Positions 37,760 through 46,901 of a stretch of DNA of 64,000 bases are shown here, piece after piece. The position numbers and the translations under genes were made by a program. The notes beneath the pieces were generated by a model. That model did not search any database. It was given only the letters and a program-made list of their open reading frames with translations, and had not been told where the DNA came from. Each line of letters begins with the position of its first letter. Positions within the stretch are counted from its first letter, which is position 1. Source of the stretch: a virus; the IMG/VR virus record IMGVR_UViG_3300043409_001877, positions 64,001 to 128,000 of that record, one strand, 5' to 3'.

Positions 37760-37948
37760 ATGAGTAATAACATAATTACATTTTGCAAACAAAAATGTTG
37801 CCCAGTAATTGAGATTCAAGGTAACGATATCATTTTAGGCGACAAAGAAGGGCCTGAAGGAATTACCACATGGAGTAAAAATCAATTTGCTGACTTTGTT
37901 GAGGCAGCTAAAGAAGGTAAATTTGATCAAATTATCAAACAAAATTAA
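37760..37948 (+). CDS. DUF397-like small protein
   Basis: CC.VIEI....IILGDK..P.....WS..QFADFV.AAKEGKF resembles the DUF397 layout. Confidence 0.55.
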   Translation: MSNNIITFCKQKCCPVIEIQGNDIILGDKEGPEGITTWSKNQFADFVEAAKEGKFDQIIKQN

Positions 37949-37968
37949 AAATAATAAATTAACTAATT

Positions 37969-38000
37969 AACGGTAATTATAACTAATTGCCGTTTTTTTT
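37969..38000 (+). terminator. Intrinsic terminator
   Basis: AACGGTAATTA-TAAC-TAATTGCCGTT followed by a T run. Confidence 0.85.
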
Positions 38001-38025
38001 GTTCCTATTTTTTTAGGATTTGCAC

Positions 38026-38056
38026 TTGTTTTTTTGATATAATTTTACTATTATTG
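38026..38056 (+). promoter_or_regulatory. Host-type promoter TTG-N20-TATTATTG for the glycan/nucleotide operon
   Basis: TTG 38026-28 and TATTATTG 38049-56, between a terminator and ATG 38076. Confidence 0.6.
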
Positions 38057-38075
38057 GGTAAAACATATACATATA

Positions 38076-39302
38076 ATGTCAAAAATTAAAATATTAGTAG
38101 CACCAGGTGATAGAGCTGGTTCAGGTAAATTTAGATGTGTAGATCCCCATGTCAATTTACAAAATAACTTTTCTAGCGATTATTTCGTTGATATTAATCA
38201 CAATATTGATTTCAGTGACGTTAATTACCTTAAAAATTATGACGTTGTGTTTATTCATAGAATACCACAACATAGAAATAAAGAAGCCGTTGATATTATT
38301 AACAGAATTAAAAAGTTAGGTATTAAGGTTATTGTTGATACAGATGATCATTGGAATTTAGACCCATCTCATGGCTTGTATGCTATGGCTAAAAGAGATA
38401 ATATACCTGGAACTATATTAGATTGTATTAAATTAGCTGATTTGGTTACCGTACCAACAGAAATTATTGCAAAAGAAGTTTCAAAATTCAATAAAAATGT
38501 TGTAGTTTTGCCAAACGCTATTGATCCAAATGAAGAACAATTTAAACCAAAACCGATTAAGTCAGATTTGATTAGATTTGGGTGGTTAGGTGGTTCATCA
38601 CATGTTAAAGATATTGAATTACTACGTGGAATTGGCTCTACTCAAAAATCTATCAGTGAAAAATCTCAGATAGTTTTATGTGGGTTTGATACTAGAGGAA
38701 CCGTACAATCGATCAATCCAAATACTAATCAGGTAGAACAAAGACCAATGAATCCACAAGAAACAACTTGGTTTATGTATGAATTATTTTTAACAAATAA
38801 CTATAAAAATTTGGAGCATGATAAAGATTATTTAACTTATTTGGTTAGCTTTGCCGATGACCCATCTTATGATTCAACAAATAAACCATATAGAAGAATT
38901 TGGACTAAAGCTATTAATCAATACGCTAATGGTTATAATAGTTTTGATGTGGCTTTGGCACCATTAAATGATAGTGATTTTAATAAGTACAAATCTCAAT
39001 TAAAAGTAATTGAGGCTGGGTTTCATAAGAAGGCTTTAATTGCTCAAAACTATGGCCCTTACACCATTGATTTGATTAACGCTATTAATAAAGGTGGTGA
39101 ATCTAACCCAGATGGTAATTGTTTATTAGTTGATACAGCTAAGAACCATAAACAATGGACTAAGTACGCTAAAAAATTAGCTGATAGCCCACAAATGGTT
39201 ATTGATTTAGGTGAAAAATTATATGAAACCGTTAAAGATAAATATGATTTAAATAATGTAACAAAATTAAGAAGTGAAATTTATAAAAATTTAGTAAAAT
39301 GA
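38076..39302 (+). CDS. Glycosyltransferase (GT-B / GT4-like)
   Basis: DTDDHW, VLPNAID, GWLGGSSH..D, DVALAPL...FN.YKSQLKVIEAG. Confidence 0.85.
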   Translation: MSKIKILVAPGDRAGSGKFRCVDPHVNLQNNFSSDYFVDINHNIDFSDVNYLKNYDVVFIHRIPQHRNKEAVDIINRIKKLGIKVIVDTDDHWNLDPSHGLYAMAKRDNIPGTILDCIKLADLVTVPTEIIAKEVSKFNKNVVVLPNAIDPNEEQFKPKPIKSDLIRFGWLGGSSHVKDIELLRGIGSTQKSISEKSQIVLCGFDTRGTVQSINPNTNQVEQRPMNPQETTWFMYELFLTNNYKNLEHDKDYLTYLVSFADDPSYDSTNKPYRRIWTKAINQYANGYNSFDVALAPLNDSDFNKYKSQLKVIEAGFHKKALIAQNYGPYTIDLINAINKGGESNPDGNCLLVDTAKNHKQWTKYAKKLADSPQMVIDLGEKLYETVKDKYDLNNVTKLRSEIYKNLVK

Positions 39303-39883
39303 TAACAATAGAAACAATCCAAGAAAACAAAAAAAAGTTTTTAACCACGGTAAAAGGTTATAACATTTGTACCAATGAGTTAATTGATAAATTATCTGAT
39401 ATGGGTCTTTTTGACGCACCAGCATCTACAATGCTTAGTTTACACAATGCATTCCCAGGTGGTTTAATTGATCACTCACTTCGTGTTACTGGTTACGCTC
39501 TTAAATTAAATGAGTTGTTACCAGACCATCTTAAACAAACTAAAGAGAGCGTTATTCGTGTTAGTTTATTGCACTCAATTGGTAAAGTTGGTTTATACAC
39601 ACCATGTAAAAGTGATTGGCATATTAAGAACCAAGGTAAGATGTATGAATTTAACGAATCGTTAACATCTATGTCTATTGGTGAGAGGAGTTTATTTTAC
39701 ATTATGTCAAATAACAACGGTAATATGATTACGGATATTGAATATCAAGCCATTACTAATTACGACAAAACAGCTTCAGATAAAATGTCTGAATGGCACA
39801 CATCTTCATTAGGTGAAATTTTAAAAATGGCTATTAAATTAGCTATAATGGAAGAAAAAACAAAATATACGACAAATGGATAA
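39299..39883 (+). CDS. HD-domain-like hydrolase (HD motif reads HS)
   Basis: APAS...HNAFPGGLIDHSLRV...LLHSIGK. Confidence 0.7.
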   Translation: MITIETIQENKKKFLTTVKGYNICTNELIDKLSDMGLFDAPASTMLSLHNAFPGGLIDHSLRVTGYALKLNELLPDHLKQTKESVIRVSLLHSIGKVGLYTPCKSDWHIKNQGKMYEFNESLTSMSIGERSLFYIMSNNNGNMITDIEYQAITNYDKTASDKMSEWHTSSLGEILKMAIKLAIMEEKTKYTTNG

Positions 39884-40463
39884 TTTAGATAAACTAAACA
39901 ATTTAAATGTTTACGATTACTTAACCGATGAAGAAAAAATTCAAATGGCTGAAGTATTAGATCAAATTGGTGGTATGAATGATTGGGTTTTTGACTCCAC
40001 AGATAATTCAATGAAACTTAAAATATCTATGGTTAATAATTCAAATAACCCTGATCCAATGTATCAAAAAATTGGTGATAGTGGTTTTGATTTTATGGCT
40101 AGTCTACCAGAAGGTGCTATTATTATAGCAGAACCTCTTAAAAGAGTGTTGATTCCAACTGGGCTACATTTTCAAATACCTATTGGGTTCGAATTACAAG
40201 TTAGACCTAGAAGTGGTTTAGCGTTAAAAAATGGTATCACAGTTTTAAATACACCTGGTACTGTTGATTCTGGGTATCGTGGTGAAATTAAAGTTATATT
40301 ATATAATACAGGTGATGAATCTTTTACAATAAAAAATGGTGATAGAATTGCGCAAGGGGTTATAGCACCAGTTCAAAACAAAAAAACAACCATATTTACA
40401 CGTGTTGAATCATTAGATGATTCTGATAGAGGTGTTGATGGGTTTGGATCAACTGGAGTATGA
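39876..40463 (+). CDS. dut: Trimeric dUTPase
   Basis: SGFD, IPTG, RPRSGLA, GTVDSGYRGEI, GDRIAQ, RGVDGFGSTG. Confidence 0.95.
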   Translation: MDNLDKLNNLNVYDYLTDEEKIQMAEVLDQIGGMNDWVFDSTDNSMKLKISMVNNSNNPDPMYQKIGDSGFDFMASLPEGAIIIAEPLKRVLIPTGLHFQIPIGFELQVRPRSGLALKNGITVLNTPGTVDSGYRGEIKVILYNTGDESFTIKNGDRIAQGVIAPVQNKKTTIFTRVESLDDSDRGVDGFGSTGV

Positions 40464-40744
40464 TAAAAGATTATTTCAAAATACAAATTGAGTCCTATCC
40501 TAGATTAACGGATGAGGTATTGGATCGTGTTGATTTTAAAACAGTATGGTCTGGTAAAAGAATGGTGTCAGGTGATAGGGTTTTATACGCTTTAGTATAT
40601 GTACCAAACACTGATGATTTGAAAGCAATTACCTTCTTAGAACGTGAATTAGATGAAATCAGTTCTAGATTTAATTTTGTAAGTTTTGAAAATGAAGGCT
40701 TACCTATATTATCATTTATAGAAGACGTTAAAAAAAGAAATTAA
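40460..40744 (+). CDS. Hypothetical protein
   Basis: Overlap-coupled 94-aa ORF. Confidence 0.6.
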   Translation: MIKDYFKIQIESYPRLTDEVLDRVDFKTVWSGKRMVSGDRVLYALVYVPNTDDLKAITFLERELDEISSRFNFVSFENEGLPILSFIEDVKKRN

Positions 40745-41490
40745 TGGGATCTGAATTAAATAAAATATTTGAAGAAATTTATTATATTAATTTAAAAAGT
40801 CGACCAGATAAATTAAAATTTATAGAAGACCAATTAAATAAAAATAATATTATTGCAACTAAGTTTGAGGCTGTTAATGCAAATGACGTTAAAAGATTTC
40901 ATGGTAAAAAGTATGAGTTAAATAAATCTAATTACGGTAAAGTGGGTTGTATGGAATCGCATAGAACAATATGGCTTGATTGTTTAAAACGTAACGTTAG
41001 CTCTGTTCTTATACTTGAAGATGATGTGCAATTTGTTGACAATTTCAATCAATTAATGAAAGAAAAATTAAAAACACTACCAAAAAATTGGAACTTCTTG
41101 GCTCTAGGTTATAATAGAAATAAATCATTTTTATATAAAAAAAATTTAATTAAATATAGAATGATAAACAATGATTGGGAAACTTTTGATGGTATAAGTG
41201 GTTCTGGGGCTTGGGGTTTAAAAAACAACATGATATCAAAATTATTAAGCGCAACTGATGATAATATTAAAGGTGAAAATTTTGATTTATTTTTAACCCA
41301 AAGTAAATTTTTTGAAGAAATAGATTTAATATTATACTCAACAATAGATCAACTTATAATACAAAAAACAATTGGGTTTAGTGATGTAAATAAATCAAAT
41401 AAAGTAAATGATGATGAAGTGAATGAAGTAAATCATAATAATGTAAAGTCACTTAATAATATGCTTTTAAAAGATTTTCAAACAGAATAA
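40744..41490 (+). CDS. Glycosyltransferase family 25
   Basis: YYINL..RPD, FEAV, GCMESHR..W, LILEDD, LP.NW.FL.LG. Confidence 0.85.
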   Translation: MGSELNKIFEEIYYINLKSRPDKLKFIEDQLNKNNIIATKFEAVNANDVKRFHGKKYELNKSNYGKVGCMESHRTIWLDCLKRNVSSVLILEDDVQFVDNFNQLMKEKLKTLPKNWNFLALGYNRNKSFLYKKNLIKYRMINNDWETFDGISGSGAWGLKNNMISKLLSATDDNIKGENFDLFLTQSKFFEEIDLILYSTIDQLIIQKTIGFSDVNKSNKVNDDEVNEVNHNNVKSLNNMLLKDFQTE

Positions 41491-41495
41491 AAAAT

Positions 41496-42176
41496 ATGGA
41501 TAGTAACGATATAAATATAACAGTTGTATATTCAACAAGAAAAATAGACTCTGATTATTTTGAACATGTTAAATCAACATGTGCGTCACCTAGTATGGAA
41601 ATATTAGCATATGAAAATAATGGTGAAAAATCTTTAACGGAAATATATAATGACGCTCTATCTGTTGCTAAACATGATATTATTGTTTTTTGTCATGATG
41701 ATTTAATTTTTGAAACAAAATATTGGGGTAAGAAAATATTTAAACATTTTAAAAGAAACCCAGAATATGGTATTATAGGTTTGGCTGGGACTAACAACTT
41801 AATTAGCGGTCAATGGTGGGCTATTAGAGAATCAATGCATGGTATAGTTAATCATAGCGATGGTATAAAAAAATGGACTAGCATGTTTTCAAAACCACAA
41901 GGTAATTTAATTAAAGAAATGATTGTGTTAGATGGGGTGTTTTTTGCTGTTGATCGAACAAAAATAAAACATTCTTTTGATGAAGATTTTAAAGGATTTC
42001 ACTTTTATGATCTATCATTTTGTTTCCCAAATCATTTAGATGGTGTTAAAATTGGTGTGATTACCGATCTTCTAATAACCCACATGTCTGTTGGTCACAC
42101 AAATCAATATTGGGAGGAAAATAAAAAATTATTTGAAGATAAATACAAAAACAATTTACCAATTAAATTAAAGTGA
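41496..42176 (+). CDS. GT-A / GT2-like glycosyltransferase
   Basis: SL.EIYN, VFCHDD, GIIGLAG, LDGVFFA, FDE..GFHFYD. Confidence 0.8.
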   Translation: MDSNDINITVVYSTRKIDSDYFEHVKSTCASPSMEILAYENNGEKSLTEIYNDALSVAKHDIIVFCHDDLIFETKYWGKKIFKHFKRNPEYGIIGLAGTNNLISGQWWAIRESMHGIVNHSDGIKKWTSMFSKPQGNLIKEMIVLDGVFFAVDRTKIKHSFDEDFKGFHFYDLSFCFPNHLDGVKIGVITDLLITHMSVGHTNQYWEENKKLFEDKYKNNLPIKLK

Positions 42177-42835
42177 AACTTATAACAGAATTAAAAGATA
42201 AACATAAAGGTGAGGATATATATGTAATCGCATCTGGGAAATCAATTGACTTTATTGATGATAGCTTTTTTGATGGTAAAATATTAATTGGTGTTAATCA
42301 AGCGTATAAAAAAATTTGGTGTGATTATTTAGTTAGAAAAGAAACAAAGTTTTTAAAACAAAGTATAGAAGAGGATTCAATCATTATTGTATCAGAATAT
42401 GATAGCGGAAATTTAAATTCAGGTAGTGGTAAACTAAACACTAATAAAATTGAACATGATAATTTATATTATTTTGAACATCTAGATAATGGTCACACTC
42501 AAATAGACACATCTGTATTTGGTACGGATAAAATAGTGGTTAGCTTCTCAACTATAACATCAGCTATTCATATCGCAGCTTACATGGGAGCTAAGAACAT
42601 TATCTTAGTTGGTCATGATTGTGGTACTATAAATAGTGAAATGACATTTAAAGGGTATTACAATAGCATAAAAGACACTCCATGGCAAGAGTGGAAACAA
42701 TATAAAGCTTGGTTAAAAGCTATTGAATCACAAACTGTCATAGTAAAAAATCAAATTAAAAAACATTACAATGCTAATGTAATTTCAATAAATCCTTTTG
42801 TATCATTAAATCTTGAAAATAATATCTATCAATGA
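42173..42835 (+). CDS. Maf/DUF115-like (nonulosonate transferase-like) protein
   Basis: LKDKHKGEDIYVIASGKS, IGVN, STITSAIHIAAYMGAKNIILVGHD. Confidence 0.7.
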   Translation: MKLITELKDKHKGEDIYVIASGKSIDFIDDSFFDGKILIGVNQAYKKIWCDYLVRKETKFLKQSIEEDSIIIVSEYDSGNLNSGSGKLNTNKIEHDNLYYFEHLDNGHTQIDTSVFGTDKIVVSFSTITSAIHIAAYMGAKNIILVGHDCGTINSEMTFKGYYNSIKDTPWQEWKQYKAWLKAIESQTVIVKNQIKKHYNANVISINPFVSLNLENNIYQ

Positions 42836-43464
42836 TAAAATATGTTATACCAGCCAGACGTAATTCAAAAGGATTACCATTTAAGAATAGAAAATTATTT
42901 GACTATACAATTAAAAGTATACCATACGAATTTTTAAATTCAGTCATTGTAACTACTGATGATGAGGTTATTATTGATAAATGTAAGTCGCTTGGTATAA
43001 ATTACGTTTCCAGAGATCCGTTATTAGCTTTAGATGAGACATCAACAAAAGATGTTATTATTGATTTAATAAATAGAGGTTTATTAATTAATGACGATAT
43101 ATGTGTTATGTTATATTTAACATACCCAGAAAGGACTTGGGATGATATCTCAAAAGCTATATTATTTATGGAGGATAAAGAGGGTAAAAGTTTATTATGT
43201 AAAAAAACCATAAAAAGTACACACCCATATTTATATATGTTTGAAGGTAAAAATTATACTGGTACTCAGTTAATTGAACATAATCTTTACAGAAGACAAG
43301 ATTACCCAAGAGTTTTTGAAATATCACATTTTATTAGTATATTTGAAATCCCTGAAGTATTTAATTTAAATGGTAATTTATATAATAAAAAAACCATCTA
43401 TTATCCTATAGGGGATGTTACAGATGTTGATACTAACGAAGATTTGAAAACTATAATATTTTAA
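42832..43464 (+). CDS. neuA: CMP-nonulosonic acid synthetase (cytidylyltransferase)
   Basis: IPARRNSKGLPFKN, VTTDD, LA.DE, RRQD, DVDT.ED. Confidence 0.85.
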   Translation: MIKYVIPARRNSKGLPFKNRKLFDYTIKSIPYEFLNSVIVTTDDEVIIDKCKSLGINYVSRDPLLALDETSTKDVIIDLINRGLLINDDICVMLYLTYPERTWDDISKAILFMEDKEGKSLLCKKTIKSTHPYLYMFEGKNYTGTQLIEHNLYRRQDYPRVFEISHFISIFEIPEVFNLNGNLYNKKTIYYPIGDVTDVDTNEDLKTIIF

Positions 43465-45359
43465 TGGGAGTTTTTATAAGAAATAAAAGTAAAAGAGTTA
43501 TTGGTGTTGATAAACCTAAGAAAATGGTTATTGATAATGAGGTAAGGGTTGAGGGTGCTATTGAAACTGTACTACCTGGTAAAAAGAGTTTAAAAAGTAA
43601 AATTGGTGAATCATCAAAACCAGCACCTATTTTACTTAGTTCTTTGGTTAAAAATGTTGAACCAACACCACCTCCAATTGTTAAAAAAACAGTAACTAAT
43701 TCTTTTGATAAAGGTGTTAAACCAGATGTAAGGGTGTTTACAAATAAAAATAATGATAGACCTAAAGAAGAAAAAAATATTATACCGCAAATTAACCCTA
43801 GTTTTGAGTTAAAAAGCGATTCATTACCAAATAAATACGCTTTAACAACAATATTAAATGATTCTTTTGCTGAATATTTTTATGTGTTTGTCACATCATT
43901 TTTAGAAAATAATAGATGGTTTAAAGGTGATATTATTATTATGTATAATGATGATTTTTCTTTTTTATCTGATAGTAGTATTAATAAAATATCAAAATTA
44001 TACCATAATATTGTATTTAGAAAAATAGAAACCACTAAAGATTATTTGTATGTTATAGATGAATTTAAAAAACGTGTAAACCCAGCATTTCATAGATTTA
44101 CAGCATCAATTCTAACTATAGAAACTTTTAATATTACAGGGTATGATAAAATATTATATTTAGATGCTGATACGCTAGTTATTAATAATATTAAAGAACT
44201 TTTTTTAGCTAAATCAGATATTGTTGTAACTAATGACACTTCCGATTATATAACCACCAATCAAATAAAATTAGCCAATGATTCAAATAGCCAATTAAAA
44301 TTAAACGGTGGATTTCTTTTAGTTGATAAAAAATTTATTGAAAAAAGTGACCATGTTATGAACATTTTTTCAGAATTTAATAAAATACCTGATATTACAT
44401 TTTTAGATCAAAGTATACTTAATTATTATCTTAAAAGATACGATGTTTTGTTTATAAACGCTAATTATAATTTATTAAAAAGATGTTTTAATGATTCTAA
44501 TAAAGAATTATTAAAAAAATACGCTACAGATATAAAGATAATACATTATGTTGGTGAAAAGCCGTGGCAAGTAAAACAAAAAGATTTTGAAAAAAACTAC
44601 ACTGAAATTGAAAAATTCTGGTTAAATTGTTATAATAAATGTAATGGGGTTATAGGTGTTTCACATCAAGAGTTAAATGTTATATCGTCTGGAATTAAAT
44701 TAGACGAACTTAGAGAGATTCTACCAGAAGTTAAAACTGGTAAAAATATGTCAGCTAATTGGGGTTATAAATTTAGTAATGTTTGTGATATAGATTTTTA
44801 CTTATGCTCCACAAATGAAGCTAAATTATTTGAAGAAATTAACAATGATTTATTTAAACCAAAAGTTAATTGGTTATTAACCACAAACGTATACAACAAT
44901 TTTAAAAAAATAAGAGGGTCTATTCCAAATAACATAGATCCGTTTTATTTTATAATGGATAGATCTGAGATTTTTAAACAAATGTTATATAATCGGTTAA
45001 ATAATAAAAATTTAAACATGCCAACATCAGGTGTTGTTATGTTATTTTTATCATCATTCATGGATGTTAAAAAAATTAATATTATTGGTTACAATTTATT
45101 TAACGTTAAAAACAATGACGGATCATTTAAACAATTTGGTAATAGTAAATTTATTAACCCATATGTTGATGATAAAAAACCACACTCAATTGAATGTGAT
45201 ATAACTTATATTATTTTATCTTTAAATAACCTAATAAAAAATAACGCAGAAATTAAATTTTATCAATCCGAAATTGTTAATGATGTTTATAACATGATTT
45301 TAGATGAGCTTGGTACTAACCAAATAATTAACGAAATAAAAAATAAATACAAGTATTAA
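43464..45359 (+). CDS. Fusion of a GT8 glycosyltransferase and a CstII/GT42-like sialyltransferase domain
   Basis: GT8: YLDADTLV, NGGF, DQSILN, YN, IIHYVGEKPW. C-terminal: PTSGVVM...IIGYN.F...HS..D. Confidence 0.7.
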   Translation: MGVFIRNKSKRVIGVDKPKKMVIDNEVRVEGAIETVLPGKKSLKSKIGESSKPAPILLSSLVKNVEPTPPPIVKKTVTNSFDKGVKPDVRVFTNKNNDRPKEEKNIIPQINPSFELKSDSLPNKYALTTILNDSFAEYFYVFVTSFLENNRWFKGDIIIMYNDDFSFLSDSSINKISKLYHNIVFRKIETTKDYLYVIDEFKKRVNPAFHRFTASILTIETFNITGYDKILYLDADTLVINNIKELFLAKSDIVVTNDTSDYITTNQIKLANDSNSQLKLNGGFLLVDKKFIEKSDHVMNIFSEFNKIPDITFLDQSILNYYLKRYDVLFINANYNLLKRCFNDSNKELLKKYATDIKIIHYVGEKPWQVKQKDFEKNYTEIEKFWLNCYNKCNGVIGVSHQELNVISSGIKLDELREILPEVKTGKNMSANWGYKFSNVCDIDFYLCSTNEAKLFEEINNDLFKPKVNWLLTTNVYNNFKKIRGSIPNNIDPFYFIMDRSEIFKQMLYNRLNNKNLNMPTSGVVMLFLSSFMDVKKINIIGYNLFNVKNNDGSFKQFGNSKFINPYVDDKKPHSIECDITYIILSLNNLIKNNAEIKFYQSEIVNDVYNMILDELGTNQIINEIKNKYKY

Positions 45360-45361
45360 AA

Positions 45362-46207
45362 ATGGGTAAAGTAAAAATTATTGCCGAAATAGGTATAAAT
45401 CACAATGGTGATATTAACATCGCAAAAGAATTAATAATGGTTGCAAAAGCCGCTGGTTGTGATTACGTTAAATTCCAAAAAAGAAATCCAGATGTGTGTG
45501 TACCAGAAGACCAAAAATTAAAAATTAGACAGACACCTTGGGGTGAAATGACTTACATTGATTATAAATGGAAGACCGAGTTTTCTAAAGAGCAATATTT
45601 AGAAATCGACAGATTCTGTTATGAATTAGGGATTAATTGGTTTGTATCAGTTTGGGATATAGATTCAGTTGATTTTATGAGAGAGATATCAAAAGAAACT
45701 AAAATGTATGATGGTACAATGAAAATACCATCAGCGTTAATTACTGATTTAAAGTTATGTGAATACGCTATGGTAAATTCTAATACATTTATCATATCAA
45801 CTGGTATGAGTACCGAAGAAGAGATTAGACAATGTGTTACCGCATGTACTCCAGATGTTATTATGCACACAAACTCAACTTATCCATGTCCTGTTGATGA
45901 ATTAAATTTAAACTATATTAATTGGCTTAAAGGATGGTACCCAGATAAAGAAATTGGTTATAGTGGTCATGAGTACGGTCTTGTAACAACTTTTGCTACA
46001 ATTCCTATGGGTGTCACTTGGATTGAACGACACATTACATTAGACAGAGGTATGTGGGGGTCTGATCAAGCATCATCAATTGAACCATCTGGTTTATTTA
46101 AATTAGTTAAAGGTATTCGTGATATAGAAAAAGCCCTATCACTACCAGTGGCACCAAGAGTGGTATTTGGTAAAGAATTAGAAAAACAAAAATCATTAAG
46201 AAAATAA
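45362..46207 (+). CDS. neuB: N-acetylneuraminate/nonulosonate synthase family (short form, no SAF domain)
   Basis: IIAEIGINHNGD, VKFQKR, KIPS, ISTGMS, HTNSTYP, GYSGHE, IERHITLDR...GSDQ. Confidence 0.93.
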   Translation: MGKVKIIAEIGINHNGDINIAKELIMVAKAAGCDYVKFQKRNPDVCVPEDQKLKIRQTPWGEMTYIDYKWKTEFSKEQYLEIDRFCYELGINWFVSVWDIDSVDFMREISKETKMYDGTMKIPSALITDLKLCEYAMVNSNTFIISTGMSTEEEIRQCVTACTPDVIMHTNSTYPCPVDELNLNYINWLKGWYPDKEIGYSGHEYGLVTTFATIPMGVTWIERHITLDRGMWGSDQASSIEPSGLFKLVKGIRDIEKALSLPVAPRVVFGKELEKQKSLRK

Positions 46208-46208
46208 G

Positions 46209-46901
46209 ATGAACATATTTAAAACAAATTATAAAGGGGTTTTAGTAGAATTACCAAAATCAATTCACGAACAAAGAACAGTGTCTAAGGTTGAAACCAT
46301 TAAAGACAGAATATTGATGGGTGACTACGAAAGAGTTGAAAGCGATTTTGCTATTAAGTATTACGATAATAATGACGTTGTTTTAGAGTTAGGTGGTTGT
46401 TTAGGTATTGTGTCATGTATAATGGCTAAAATTGTTAAAAATTTAGTAACTGTCGAACCAAACACTAATTTAAATGATATTATTAACAATCATAAAAAAA
46501 TAAACAACGTTGATTTTATATTAGAAAACACAATTGTTAGTAATAACAACACTGATATTGTAGAATTTCATGTGAACCCTTTTGTTTTAGGTTCTGGTTT
46601 ATATTCTAAAAGTAGTAATATTATTAAAACAAAAACAACAACTATTAGCGATCTTGAGAAAAAACATAATTTAAAATTCAATACACTCCATTGCGATATT
46701 GAGGGTTTTGAGTTTGATTTCTTAAAGAATAATATAAATGAAATAAAAACAAAATTTAATAAGATTATAATTGAAACTCATTACTGGATGAACCTTGCTA
46801 ATGGGTATGATGTTTTAGCGTTTTTAAACGGTAATGGTTATGAATTAATTAATCAACATCAAGGAATATTTTTTTTAAAACTAAAACATAATAATGGATA
46901 A
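46209..46901 (+). CDS. FkbM-family methyltransferase
   Basis: VLELGGCLG, VEPN, CDIEGFE, IIIETH. Confidence 0.85.
   Translation: MNIFKTNYKGVLVELPKSIHEQRTVSKVETIKDRILMGDYERVESDFAIKYYDNNDVVLELGGCLGIVSCIMAKIVKNLVTVEPNTNLNDIINNHKKINNVDFILENTIVSNNNTDIVEFHVNPFVLGSGLYSKSSNIIKTKTTTISDLEKKHNLKFNTLHCDIEGFEFDFLKNNINEIKTKFNKIIIETHYWMNLANGYDVLAFLNGNGYELINQHQGIFFLKLKHNNG

Noticed and set aside
37538-37819. 93-aa minus-strand ORF
   Set aside because: Overlaps two better plus-strand genes (37578..37742 and 37760..37948) that fit the operon.
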